Of a stretch of 64,000 nucleotides of DNA, positions 1 to 9,966 are shown piece by piece (position 1 is the stretch's first letter; every line of letters starts with the position of its first letter). Where the stretch lies: NCBI RefSeq assembly GCF_053078305.1, contig NZ_CP166879.1, one strand, 5' to 3'. Position numbers and translations under genes: made by a program. The notes beneath the pieces are model-generated. The model was not told the DNA's origin, did no database searches, and worked only from the letters and a program-made list of their open reading frames with translations.

Positions 1-500
1 TTACCCTGCCTGCGGATCAAAAAGCGGCAGGCGTGCTGCCAGACGGCATGGACGATCGCGCAGTAAACTACCTGTTCAAAACGCCGGGCGGTTCGCTGTA
101 TCACAGCGGCGACTCCCACTACTCCAACTACTATGCAAAACATGGTAACGAACATCAGATCGACGTGGCGTTAGGATCGTACGGCGAAAACCCGCGCGGT
201 ATCACCGACAAAATGACCAGCGCCGATATGCTGCGTATGGGCGAAGCGCTGAATGCGAAAGTAGTGATCCCGTTCCACCACGATATCTGGTCAAACTTCC
301 AGGCCGATCCGCAAGAGATCCGCGTGCTGTGGGAGATGAAAAAAGATCGCCTGAAATATGGCTTTAAGCCGTTTATCTGGCAGGTGGGCGGCAAATTTAC
401 CTGGCCGCTGGATAAAGACAACTTCGAGTACCACTATCCGCGCGGTTTCGATGATTGCTTCACTATTGAACCGGATCTGCCGTTCAAGTCATTCCTGTAA
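1..500 (+). CDS. ulaG: L-ascorbate-6-phosphate lactonase UlaG, C-terminal portion (5' end lies outside window)
   Basis: Frame continues open from position 3 to stop at 498-500; translation recognised as the C-terminus of metallo-beta-lactamase-fold UlaG; located directly upstream of ulaR as in E. coli. Confidence 0.85.
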
Positions 501-607
501 TCTGTCGTTTATACCGGATAGCGTGGAGAAGTTCGCGCTATCCGGCGTAGTATTTCCTGGCTATTTCAAATATCATCTAAAAAAATCAAATTTTATCGGA
601 ATAGCTC

Positions 608-1363
608 ATGACTGAAGCACAAAGACATCAAATCCTCCTGGAAATGCTCGCACAATTGGGCTTTGTGACCGTTGAGAAAGTCGTTGAGCGTCTGGGAATT
701 TCGCCTGCCACTGCGCGACGCGATATCAATAAACTTGACGAAAGCGGCAAACTGAAAAAAGTGCGCAATGGTGCAGAAGCTATTACCCAACAGCGCCCGC
801 GCTGGACGCCGATGAATCTGCATCAGGCGCAGAATCACGATGAAAAAGTACGTATCGCTAAAGCGGCCTCGCAGCTGGTTAATCCGGGCGAAAGCGTAGT
901 CATCAACTGCGGCTCCACCGCGTTTCTGCTTGGGCGGGAAATGTGTGGCAAGCCAGTGCAAATCATCACTAATTATCTACCGCTGGCAAATTACCTGATC
1001 GATCAAGAACATGACAGCGTGATCATTATGGGTGGACAGTACAACAAAAGTCAGTCCATCACTTTAAGCCCGCAGGGCAGCGAAAACAGCCTCTATGCCG
1101 GGCACTGGATGTTTACCAGCGGAAAAGGGCTGACCGCAGAAGGGTTGTATAAAACCGATATGCTGACAGCAATGGCAGAGCAGAAGATGCTGAGCGTGGT
1201 AGGGAAACTGGTGGTACTGGTTGATAGCAGTAAGATTGGCGAACGCGCGGGAATGCTTTTTAGCCGTGCCGATCAAATCGATATGCTTATCACCGGCAAA
1301 AATGCTAACCCGGAAATCCTGCAACAACTGGAAGCGCAAGGGGTCAGCATTCTGCGTGTTTAA
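608..1363 (+). CDS. ulaR: DeoR-family transcriptional repressor of the ula (ascorbate) regulon
   Basis: ORF 608..1363 (251 aa); N-terminal HTH and C-terminal sugar-phosphate-binding domain; sequence recalled as UlaR. Confidence 0.93.
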
Positions 1364-2109
1364 AGATGCTGGCGGAAAAATGTCACGGCAGCATCTAACG
1401 CCTCAGGCGTAATGCGGTGACGCACGCCTGGCTGCCATGAACAGGTTAGCAGTTTATCCCGTCCCGTCTCGCTTAAGGCCTGCTGCAAACGTAGTGATTC
1501 GTCGGCAGGCACAACGTCATCGTCGAGGCCATGCCACAGCAGTAGAGGTCTGTCACTAAGTTGTTCCAGGTGGTTTGTCGCTTCCCACTCTGCCAGTGGC
1601 GCGACAATGTTATTGAATTCATTCTGCTGTGCTGCCGTTTCAGGTATCAGCGGTGGAAACAGTGAACGGGCGAGTGATGTAAAATAGCCCGATCCCATCA
1701 TGCTGGCGGTACATCTCACCGTGGGGTGGCGAGCGGTAATCCCCAGTGCCGTCATCGCGCCCATCGACGCACCACCGACTGCCAGACGGTCATCACGCAG
1801 CCACTTTTCTTCGGCTATTGCCGCACGTAAAGTAGTGAATTCCTGCATACTTTGTAGCAAGATTTGCCAGAATTGATTTAACCGCCGCGCTGCGTCGCCA
1901 CTAAAACGGCTACCGTGATCGGGCGCATCCGGCATGATCACCCGCAAACCAGCCTGCGCCAGCGCAACGGCAAAATAGCTATACACCAGACTGGACGAAG
2001 TAAAGCCGTGATAAAAAATCACGCACGGTAACGGGGTATCTTTTTGTCCGACAGGATAAGCATGAAGAACGGGAATATCTGCCAGCTCGCGTGATTCTAT
2101 TTCAATCAT
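1360..2109 (-). CDS. yjfP: alpha/beta-hydrolase esterase YjfP
   Basis: ORF 249 aa with GxSxG-type hydrolase motif (GGASMG); synteny next to ulaR. Confidence 0.9.
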
Positions 2110-2290
2110 CTGTCTCTCCTTTTTGTCTGGTATGACATGAAGAAATCCTTAGCACAAGTTTCTGCTGGCGGTATTAGTTCATAATGTTGAGATGTGGGTT
2201 ACGCTTTCGTCACGTTTTCATTCGAAAATCGCGTACCAGGTAACAATTCGGGAACATTCCCCCAAAGTTAAATTAATAAGGCACTACACT

Positions 2291-2620
2291 ATGGTTAGCA
2301 GGAAACGTAATAGCGTTATTTACCGGTTTGCCAGTTTATTATTGGTGTTGATGTTAAGTGCCTGTAGCGCACTGCAAGGTACGCCACAGCCAGCACCGCC
2401 AGTAACGGACCATCCGCAAGAGATTCGCCGCGACCAGACGCAAGGGTTACAGCGAATAGGTAGCGTAAGCACGATGGTTCGGGGTTCTCCGGATGACGCA
2501 TTAGCAGAAATCAGAGCAAAAGCTGTCGCTGCAAAAGCTGATTATTACGTTGTCGTCATGGTGGACGAAACCATCGTGACAGGACAGTGGTATTCACAAG
2601 CCATTTTGTACCGTAAATAA
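2291..2620 (+). CDS. bsmA: biofilm/stress lipoprotein BsmA (DUF1471 family)
   Basis: Internal ATG at 2291 of ORF 2192..2620 gives a 109-aa protein with lipoprotein signal (LSAC); matches recalled BsmA/YjfO. Confidence 0.85.
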   Translation: MVSRKRNSVIYRFASLLLVLMLSACSALQGTPQPAPPVTDHPQEIRRDQTQGLQRIGSVSTMVRGSPDDALAEIRAKAVAAKADYYVVVMVDETIVTGQWYSQAILYRK

Positions 2621-2768
2621 ATCAGACAACTTACATAGTCAGCTTTACATTGCTTTGCGTCCCTATGCGTTTACCTGTGCACAATAAATTACCGGCTGGA
2701 AGCCTGGGCGTTTATTACCGCGATGGAATGCCCTGCAACATGTGGGGAAACGAAAAATGGAGCTGACG

Positions 2769-3044
2769 ATGAAACAATTACTTGCCTCACCCTCGCTGCA
2801 ATTAGTGACTTATCCTGCGAGCGCCACGGCACAGTCTGCAGAATTCGCCAGTGCTGACTGCGTGACGGGCCTGAATGAAATAGGTCAGATCTCAGTTAGC
2901 AATATTTCAGGGGATCCGCAGGACGTGGAACGTATCGTGGCGTTAAAGGCCGATGAACAAGGTGCGTCATGGTACCGCATTATTACCATGTACGAAGACC
3001 AGCAGCCTGATAACTGGCGCGTACAGGCGATACTGTATGCATGA
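2769..3044 (+). CDS. yjfN: DUF1471-family small periplasmic protein YjfN
   Basis: ORF 2742..3044; start placed at ATG 2769 to give the 91-aa protein recalled for K-12; start choice uncertain (2742/2760/2769). Confidence 0.8.
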   Translation: MKQLLASPSLQLVTYPASATAQSAEFASADCVTGLNEIGQISVSNISGDPQDVERIVALKADEQGASWYRIITMYEDQQPDNWRVQAILYA

Positions 3045-3068
3045 GTGTCATCTACAGCAAATGAACAA

Positions 3069-3104
3069 TGCCGGATGCGGCGCGAGCGCCTTGTCCGGCC
3101 TACA
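3069..3104. repeat. REP (repetitive extragenic palindromic) element
   Basis: gccggatgcggcgcgagcgccttgtccggcctaca: canonical REP palindromic-unit consensus in the yjfN/aidB intergenic region. Confidence 0.7.
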
Positions 3105-3160
3105 ATTTTCACATATTTCATTGAGTTAATCGAAACCAGCGTCGCATCAGTCGTATACGC

Positions 3161-4786
3161 TTACAAACACACTCCCCCCGTCGCCCGCAGCAATAAATCA
3201 TTCTGGATCTGCTCTGACAACCGTACGCCGCCGCGCGTATCTAACATCACCTGACACCACGCCTGCGCCATTGGCGGAGAGGCATATTTCAACATTTGCG
3301 CACCGCAGCCCAGCAGGAATAGCTGATGAGTAATCTCTCGCCCCAGTTCTTCAGCTGGCTTACGCAGCTGCTGCTGTAAACGACGAACCGCGCGATCAAA
3401 ATAGCGATCCTGCCCTTTCACTTCCACAAATGCTTCCGACAATAAGTCGTATACGCCCGCTTGCTTATTGAGAACGCGCAACACATCCAGGCACATAATA
3501 TTGCCGGAACCTTCCCAAATACTGTTTACCGGCATCTCCCGGTAAAGCCGCGGCAGCTCGCTCTCCTCGCAATAACCAATGCCGCCCAGCACCTCCATCG
3601 CTTCGGCCACAAACGGCATACCTCGTTTGCAGATCACAAATTTTGCCGCAGGCGTAAATAAACGCGCCCACAGGGCTTCTTTGGCATCGGCACGCCGGTC
3701 CCACGCTCGCGCAAGACGAAACAGCAACGCCGTTTGCCCTTCAAGCTGAAGTGCCATGCGACTTAAGACATGACGCATAAGGGGCTGTTGGATCAATGGA
3801 TTACCAAAAACATGGCGTTGATGTGCATGATAAATCGCCAGCGAAAATGCACGGCGCATCATGGCATGGCTACCCAGGGCGCAATCAAAACGCGTCATCC
3901 CCCCCATTTTCAGGATCAGACGAATTCCTTCCCCTTCCTGCCCCAATAACCAGCCAATGGCATCCTGAAACTCCACTTCGCAACTGGCGTTAGAGCGATT
4001 ACCCAGCTTATCTTTCAGCCGCTCGAGGCGAATCGCGTTGCGTTGCCCGTCAGGCAAAAAGCGCGGCACAAAAAAGCAGGACAGACCGCCCGCGGTCTGC
4101 GCCAGCACCAGATGCGCATCGCTTTGCGGAACCGAGAAAAACCATTTATGCCCCACCAGCCGATAAGAGCCATCTTCCAGACGCTCTGCACGGGTGGTGT
4201 TGCTCATGACATCGGAACCGCCCTGCTTTTCCGTCATTCCCATGCCAATCAACAAACCGCGTTTTTGCCCACCTGGCAATAAATGAGAATCGTAGCGATC
4301 GCTCAGCAGCGGCGTGGTCCAGTCCTGAAACGGCGTGGGTAACATCTGTAACAACAATGGCGTGGCGGCAAAGGTCATGGTTATCGGACATAACGACCCC
4401 GCCTCAACCTGTGCGTGCAACATAAAACGCGCCGCGCGCGCCACAAATGCGCCGGAGCGAGCGTCTTCTTCCCAGGCAAGATTGTGCACCCGATTGGTAC
4501 ATAGCGCCTGCATCAGCAGGTGCCAGGCGGGGTGAAAACGCACATCGTCCAGACGGCGTCCTTGCGCATCGTAGCGCAATAATTCAGGCGGATTCACATT
4601 CGCCAGCCGCCCCAGTTCAAGGGATTCAGCCGTTCCTAACTGCTGACCAATACTGGCTAGAAAATCGCTATCCCAGCCAGCACCTTCACGCGTTACCGCT
4701 TCGCAAAGCGCGCCATCAGACAGGTATAAGTTGCTGTTATTTAATGGTATAGGTTGATTAAAAACGGTGTGAGTTTGCCAGTGCAC
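3161..4786 (-). CDS. aidB: adaptive-response acyl-CoA dehydrogenase-like protein AidB
   Basis: ORF 3161..4804; acyl-CoA dehydrogenase fold; start set at GTG 4786 to give 541 aa as recalled for K-12 (alternative ATG at 4804). Confidence 0.9.
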   Translation of the reverse strand: MHWQTHTVFNQPIPLNNSNLYLSDGALCEAVTREGAGWDSDFLASIGQQLGTAESLELGRLANVNPPELLRYDAQGRRLDDVRFHPAWHLLMQALCTNRVHNLAWEEDARSGAFVARAARFMLHAQVEAGSLCPITMTFAATPLLLQMLPTPFQDWTTPLLSDRYDSHLLPGGQKRGLLIGMGMTEKQGGSDVMSNTTRAERLEDGSYRLVGHKWFFSVPQSDAHLVLAQTAGGLSCFFVPRFLPDGQRNAIRLERLKDKLGNRSNASCEVEFQDAIGWLLGQEGEGIRLILKMGGMTRFDCALGSHAMMRRAFSLAIYHAHQRHVFGNPLIQQPLMRHVLSRMALQLEGQTALLFRLARAWDRRADAKEALWARLFTPAAKFVICKRGMPFVAEAMEVLGGIGYCEESELPRLYREMPVNSIWEGSGNIMCLDVLRVLNKQAGVYDLLSEAFVEVKGQDRYFDRAVRRLQQQLRKPAEELGREITHQLFLLGCGAQMLKYASPPMAQAWCQVMLDTRGGVRLSEQIQNDLLLRATGGVCL

Positions 4787-4869
4787 TGTGTCTCCCTCCA
4801 TCAATGGCAGTCACCATTAGTATGGTCACTGCCATGGATTCATGACAGAAAGAGATTGCTAAAACATTC

Positions 4870-6033
4870 TTATCCAGCAATGTAATGCGGAACGAAACGT
4901 GAGGTGTCTTTGGTGATCAGTGTGTTATCTTCACGGATCCCCATTCCGCACGCTTCATCATCGACAATCCAGCTACCGATGAGTGTGTAGCTATCGCCAA
5001 ACCGCGGCAGAGGTTGAAACGCCTGGTAGATCATCGGTTCATCGGCGTAATCACCATCAGCGTGGTCAACGACGTTATTCTGGCCGTCGAAAATGGTGAC
5101 ATTTCCGCCTTCGCGCGAGTAGATCGGTTTACGCACATAGCTTTCGCCAGCGGCAATCTGCGGTTTTTCACCCTCAAACCAGGATGCAAGAAGGTTAGGA
5201 TGACCAGGGAAGAAGCGCCAAAGCAGCGGCATTAGCCCTTTATTACTCAAGATACTTTTCCATAACGGCTCCACCCATTGCTCGCGACGCTTGCGCAGCA
5301 GCGGACCATTATCGTCACGCATCATCCACTCCAGCGGATACAGCTTAAATGCACGCTGGATGACATTATCATCAAGATCGGTCAGTACGCCGCCGACGCC
5401 CAAACCGAGATCTTCAATGTAGATAAACCGCGACTCCTGCCCTGCCTGCTGGGCGCAGTCCTGCAAGTACAGCACGGTACTCCTGTCTTCGTCGGTGTCC
5501 TGACAGCAGCAAAAATAAAACGGCTCCCGACTGTAAAGCTCACTAAAGCGCGAAATCAGGCGTTCCTGAATGGCATTGTACTGATCGGCATCACGCGGAA
5601 TAATGCCGCTGCGCCGGGCATCCTCCAGCCACAACCACTGGAAATAAGCCGACTCATACAACGAGGTCGGCGTATCGGCGTTGTACTCCAGCAGCTTCAC
5701 CGGCGCATTGCCACACCAGGCAAAATCCATCCGTCCATACAGCGAAGGATCGCGTGCGCGCCAGCTTTCAGCGATCACATCCCAGTACAACGGAGGGATC
5801 GCCAGTTGCGTCAGGATCTCTTCGTCTTTAACCGCGCGCTCCACCACCTCAAGGCACATCTGATGCAGTTCCGCAGTCGGTTTTTCGATCTGCTCTTCAA
5901 TCTGGCGCAGAGTAAAACGGTAAGCCCGACTCTCGTCCCAATAGATTTCATTGTCGATGATATGAAAGTCGAAACCGTTGTCAGCGGCGATTTGGTCCAG
6001 ATCCCGCCGCACAGGAACGTTGTGTCTCAGCAT
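4870..6033 (-). CDS. yjfC: glutathionylspermidine-synthetase-like ATP-grasp protein YjfC
   Basis: ORF 4870..6048; start at ATG 6033 (MLRHNVPV...) gives 387 aa; GspS-like ATP-grasp family by recall. Confidence 0.88.
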   Translation of the reverse strand: MLRHNVPVRRDLDQIAADNGFDFHIIDNEIYWDESRAYRFTLRQIEEQIEKPTAELHQMCLEVVERAVKDEEILTQLAIPPLYWDVIAESWRARDPSLYGRMDFAWCGNAPVKLLEYNADTPTSLYESAYFQWLWLEDARRSGIIPRDADQYNAIQERLISRFSELYSREPFYFCCCQDTDEDRSTVLYLQDCAQQAGQESRFIYIEDLGLGVGGVLTDLDDNVIQRAFKLYPLEWMMRDDNGPLLRKRREQWVEPLWKSILSNKGLMPLLWRFFPGHPNLLASWFEGEKPQIAAGESYVRKPIYSREGGNVTIFDGQNNVVDHADGDYADEPMIYQAFQPLPRFGDSYTLIGSWIVDDEACGMGIREDNTLITKDTSRFVPHYIAG

Positions 6034-6035
6034 GA

Positions 6036-6674
6036 TTAGCCTCCCCAATGCCCACGGGCGCTGGAAGAACGACCATAGCCGCCGCGAGAAACGGTTGACG
6101 CTTTTTTGGTGGTAAAGCTGCCTGAAGAGTAAGACTCTTTTTTGCCAGAACCGGAGCGCCAGGAGTAATCACCAGAAGTGTTGCGCCAGACGGGGCGCGA
6201 AGCAAAAGAGGAACCGCCGCTGTTATAGACGAACGGCTCATCGCGATCTTTACGAATAACCCGGCTTAACAAAAATCCAGAAACGACCGGGATCCAACTC
6301 TGTTCAACATTGTCGTAGTAGCAATTTTCGTACTTAGACTGACAGTTCTGCTGAGTCATATTCTTCGGAACATCGGCATAAAATGCCGCTTTGGCGTTGT
6401 TCCAGCCACGCGCGCAAATGTCGGCATTATTACCGTCATCAATACAATCCTGCACTGTCGAATAAAACGTTCCGTCGCCGTCGTTATCGACATCGCCACT
6501 ATCGCCACAACCTTTCAATACAAAAAAAGCGGCACCGCCCATTAGCGCCAACGTTAAGTATTTTTGTGCGTAGCGATTGCGACGCGGTTCAAAAGGATTA
6601 TTCGGTCTACCAATGCGACTGATCGCTCCGTGACCAATTTTACTGTTATTTCTTGATTTGCGTTTTCTGGCCAT
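6036..6674 (-). CDS. yjfM: DUF1190-family protein YjfM
   Basis: ORF 212 aa, Gly/Ser-rich C-terminus, single hydrophobic segment; 2-nt gap to yjfC. Confidence 0.85.
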   Translation of the reverse strand: MARKRKSRNNSKIGHGAISRIGRPNNPFEPRRNRYAQKYLTLALMGGAAFFVLKGCGDSGDVDNDGDGTFYSTVQDCIDDGNNADICARGWNNAKAAFYADVPKNMTQQNCQSKYENCYYDNVEQSWIPVVSGFLLSRVIRKDRDEPFVYNSGGSSFASRPVWRNTSGDYSWRSGSGKKESYSSGSFTTKKASTVSRGGYGRSSSARGHWGG

Positions 6675-6683
6675 GATCGTCCA

Positions 6684-7082
6684 TTACCATGTCATACAAG
6701 CTGCGTTAAAAATACCGCCAGCCAGCGCGGCGGTTCCCATAAACATTCCTGCTGCGGTATTGTGATTAATAATTTTTTCGCTTAATGCGGGCATATAAAG
6801 TCTGACACCAGCAAAAACGAGTAACTGAATCACCAGTGCAATCCCGCCCCAGGCGAAATAGTCTGGAATACTCACCGCATTGATTGCCGCACTGGATAAG
6901 GGGATCACGTAACCCAACAATGTACCGCTGAACGCCAGTGACGCTGCGGTATTATTGTTTTTGATTAATTGCCATTCATTGTGCGGTGTAATTTTGGAGT
7001 AGATAAACAGAAAAATAATCACCATCGCCACGCCAATAAAAAAATAGGCACTAAAGGCAAGAAGTGAATCCAGTATATGCAT
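6684..7082 (-). CDS. yjfL: DUF350 inner-membrane protein YjfL
   Basis: Start at ATG 7082 (MHILDSLLAF...) inside ORF 6684..7163; four predicted hydrophobic helices. Confidence 0.85.
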   Translation of the reverse strand: MHILDSLLAFSAYFFIGVAMVIIFLFIYSKITPHNEWQLIKNNNTAASLAFSGTLLGYVIPLSSAAINAVSIPDYFAWGGIALVIQLLVFAGVRLYMPALSEKIINHNTAAGMFMGTAALAGGIFNAACMTW

Positions 7083-7099
7083 TGTAAACGTCCTTGTAA

Positions 7100-7759
7100 T
7101 TAACCAATAATATGAAGTGATGTCAGCGGGATATCGACACCCAACGCGCGCGAAAATAACCACTCTGGCTCGCCGAGATCGTTAAAAGATTCCTCACCAT
7201 TTAGCAGCAAATATTCGTAAGTATCTTCGGTCACTTGCCGCTGGTAGCCCATGGTAAAATTATGGACTTCCCATTTAGCATGATTTTGATTTTCTACTTT
7301 TTCCAGCATGTAGACGGGTTCGATATTTCCCGGTTCTTCGCTGTTAAAAAATCGCTGCCAGCGTTTTTCCTGCCAGTTTAAGGTCATTGCCCCCATCGTT
7401 TTGGCGTTGATCGCCTCGCGCCAGTGACTCTCTTTACTGATACCGTAGCTCTCTTCATAGACAAAGAGCTTGATATCATCAATGTCATCAATATCTTCGC
7501 CGCCGGTGGTATTGATTTGCAGAAACTCATCGCCTGAAGTGTAGTAGCGGAAAATCTGACTACCGCCGCCCAGATCGATGTGGCTGACAGCGGCTACCGT
7601 AAATTCCTCACCCGGCAGCGCAATCAGCAATTCATCTTCCAGCAAACGAAACGCTAACGTGTCGAGCGTAAAGCCACTATTAAGATGAAGTCCCAGCGGA
7701 CCGCGAGCGATTGCAGGCTTATTATCCTTGCCAAACAGACGCTGGAAAAAACCAGACAT
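7100..7759 (-). CDS. yjfK: DUF2491-family protein YjfK
   Basis: ORF 219 aa; acidic stretch DIDDIDDI; synteny. Confidence 0.85.
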   Translation of the reverse strand: MSGFFQRLFGKDNKPAIARGPLGLHLNSGFTLDTLAFRLLEDELLIALPGEEFTVAAVSHIDLGGGSQIFRYYTSGDEFLQINTTGGEDIDDIDDIKLFVYEESYGISKESHWREAINAKTMGAMTLNWQEKRWQRFFNSEEPGNIEPVYMLEKVENQNHAKWEVHNFTMGYQRQVTEDTYEYLLLNGEESFNDLGEPEWLFSRALGVDIPLTSLHIIG

Positions 7760-7809
7760 ATTTTATCCTTAAAATAGTTGCCAGCCTTGCAGTGAGGCTG
7801 GCAAAAAAA

Positions 7810-8508
7810 TTACTCGCCCTGTTGGCGTTGCAGTCTTGCTAATACATCCTGGGCGCTACTTTTATTGCTACCGCCAATTCCGGCTTCCGCCAGCTTTTCG
7901 TCAAGGTCGCGACCGTCTGCGACTTTCTCCAACTGTGCGGCAGCATCCAGGCGAGCCTGACGTTCGGCCTGACGCGTTTGCAGGCGTTTTAAGGATTCTG
8001 CCGCTGTCGAAACGCTGGAAGATGCGCCAACGGTAGAGGTTGTTACAGCCTGTTGTGCACGCTGCATGGCTTCAGTGGCTTTAACGACTTCCATTTGCTG
8101 CTCAAACTGAGCGATACGCTGCGCTGTCGCTGTAACTGCTTTTTCCACGCCATCACGGGAGACTTCCAGATTCGACAACACTTGCTCTTCAGCGGTAATG
8201 AGATTCTCAAGGTGCGCGATTTCTTCAGCAACTTCGTTAATCAACGACGGATTAACGTTCTTGCTTAACGCTTCCAGCGCACGGGCTTCCAGACTGGCTT
8301 TGCGCTCACGTAAATCTTTCAGCTTATCGTGACTTAATTTCACCCGCGCCAGCAGATCAACGCGAGATTTTCCGGCTTTATCGAGTTCAGCTTTAGCGTC
8401 ACGAATATGCTGTTCCAGCATGCGCACACCCTGGGTTTCTTCAATGGATTCTTCCGCCTGGGAGATAAACGATTTCCCCAGCGTAAATAAACTTTTTAAA
8501 ATTCCCAT
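7810..8508 (-). CDS. yjfJ: PspA/IM30-family (phage-shock protein A-like) coiled-coil protein YjfJ
   Basis: ORF 232 aa, heptad-rich coiled-coil throughout; recalled as the PspA paralog YjfJ. Confidence 0.88.
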   Translation of the reverse strand: MGILKSLFTLGKSFISQAEESIEETQGVRMLEQHIRDAKAELDKAGKSRVDLLARVKLSHDKLKDLRERKASLEARALEALSKNVNPSLINEVAEEIAHLENLITAEEQVLSNLEVSRDGVEKAVTATAQRIAQFEQQMEVVKATEAMQRAQQAVTTSTVGASSSVSTAAESLKRLQTRQAERQARLDAAAQLEKVADGRDLDEKLAEAGIGGSNKSSAQDVLARLQRQQGE

Positions 8509-8526
8509 AAATACCCGTCCTTGTAA

Positions 8527-8928
8527 TTAGTGTGAATATTCTTCTGTAATTTCAGCCAGATCCAATGCGTTATCTACCAGCGAGGTTATCTCAAGCAGGA
8601 TATCTTCAAGAGAAGATTTAAGCGATAACGCCCCGAAAACAATGTAATACGCTTCCTGTTGCACGCTGGAGATTCCTACCGATGACAACGGCATCATCTT
8701 CTGATTTCTTAATAAGAAGGTATTAAATTTATCTGGATTGCTGATACTACTTACCGGACAAATAAAGGTTTCGATAATCATTTGGCGGGAAGTAAAAAGA
8801 ATATTGATTTGCAAATCGCCATAATCATTCATTTTAATAATTAATGCGTTCTCGCTATTTGTTACATCAATATTTTGTTCAGGTACAGTTTGCAGCGCCG
8901 TCGCCAGCGCCAACGGATTCCATGTCAT
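8527..8928 (-). CDS. yjfI: DUF2170-family protein YjfI
   Basis: ORF 133 aa; first gene of the tightly spaced yjfIJKLMC cluster. Confidence 0.85.
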   Translation of the reverse strand: MTWNPLALATALQTVPEQNIDVTNSENALIIKMNDYGDLQINILFTSRQMIIETFICPVSSISNPDKFNTFLLRNQKMMPLSSVGISSVQQEAYYIVFGALSLKSSLEDILLEITSLVDNALDLAEITEEYSH

Positions 8929-9006
8929 ATATTATTCCATATAGATTAAGTTTAAATATTAATAAAATGAATATTTGCAATACGTAATTATCTTACCAGC
9001 TATAGA

Positions 9007-9036
9007 CAAAAAAAAACCATCCAAATCTGGATGGCT
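9007..9036 (-). terminator. rho-independent terminator downstream of rlmB
   Basis: Minus-strand hairpin gccatccagatttggatggc followed by a 9-nt T-run (plus strand aaaaaaaaaccatccaaatctggatggc). Confidence 0.7.
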
Positions 9037-9054
9037 TTTCATAATTCAGAGGAA

Positions 9055-9786
9055 CTAGCTGCGCTGACGAACCGCTTCAAATAAGCAAATTCCGGTTGCA
9101 ACCGAAACGTTCAGAGAAGAAACACTTCCTGCCATTGGGATGCTGATCAACTCATCGCAATGTTCACGGGTCAGGCGACGCATACCTTCACCTTCCGCGC
9201 CCATCACCAGCGCCAGGCGTCCGGTCATTTTGCTCTGATAGAGTGTATGATCCGCCTCACCTGCCGTACCGACGATCCAGATATTCTCTTCCTGCAACAT
9301 ACGCATGGTACGCGCAAGGTTAGTCACCCGAATCAGTGGAACGCTTTCTGCCGCGCCGCAGGCTACTTTTTTCGCCGTAGCGTTGAGCTGTGCGGAGCGA
9401 TCTTTCGGCACAATCACCGCGTGAACGCCAGCAGCGTCCGCGCTACGCAGGCACGCGCCGAGGTTGTGCGGATCGGTTACACCGTCGAGGATCAGCAGGA
9501 ACGGTTGATCGAGCGAAGCGATCAGCTCCGGCAGATCGTTTTCCTGATACTGACGTCCTGGCTTCACGCGGGCGATAATGCCCTGATGCACGGCACCGTC
9601 GCTTTTCTCGTCGAGATATTGGCGGTTTGCCAACTGGATAACCACGCCCTGAGACTCAAGGGCGTGAATCAGCGGTAACAGACGTTTATCTTCACGGCCT
9701 TTTAAAATAAAGACTTCCTGAAAACGTTCAGGGGCGCGCTCCAGCAGGGCCTGCACTGCGTGGATGCCGTAAATCATTTCGCTCAT
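9055..9786 (-). CDS. rlmB: 23S rRNA (guanosine2251-2'-O)-methyltransferase RlmB
   Basis: ORF 243 aa, SpoU/TrmH methyltransferase family; synteny downstream of rnr. Confidence 0.93.
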   Translation of the reverse strand: MSEMIYGIHAVQALLERAPERFQEVFILKGREDKRLLPLIHALESQGVVIQLANRQYLDEKSDGAVHQGIIARVKPGRQYQENDLPELIASLDQPFLLILDGVTDPHNLGACLRSADAAGVHAVIVPKDRSAQLNATAKKVACGAAESVPLIRVTNLARTMRMLQEENIWIVGTAGEADHTLYQSKMTGRLALVMGAEGEGMRRLTREHCDELISIPMAGSVSSLNVSVATGICLFEAVRQRS

Positions 9787-9809
9787 TAATGTACTCGTTG
9801 TTTACGTTT

Positions 9810-9912
9810 TGCCTGATGCACTACGTTTATCCGGTCTACATGATCCCTGCAATATCTTGAATTTGCGTGATTATGTAGGCCGGATAAGGCGTTCACGCCG
9901 CATCCGGCATGA
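9810..9912. repeat. REP/BIME cluster (two REP units)
   Basis: gcctgatgcactacgtttatccggtctaca and tgtaggccggataaggcgttcacgccgcatccggcatg between rnr and rlmB. Confidence 0.75.
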
Positions 9913-9966
9913 ACAAAGCGCATTTTGTCAGCAATCTAACCCTCTTCTGTTTGAAGAGGGCAATGA

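Noticed and set aside
5278-6039. 253-aa plus-strand ORF
   Set aside because: Antisense to yjfC, which is the recognisable ATP-grasp gene; no independent start or RBS context.
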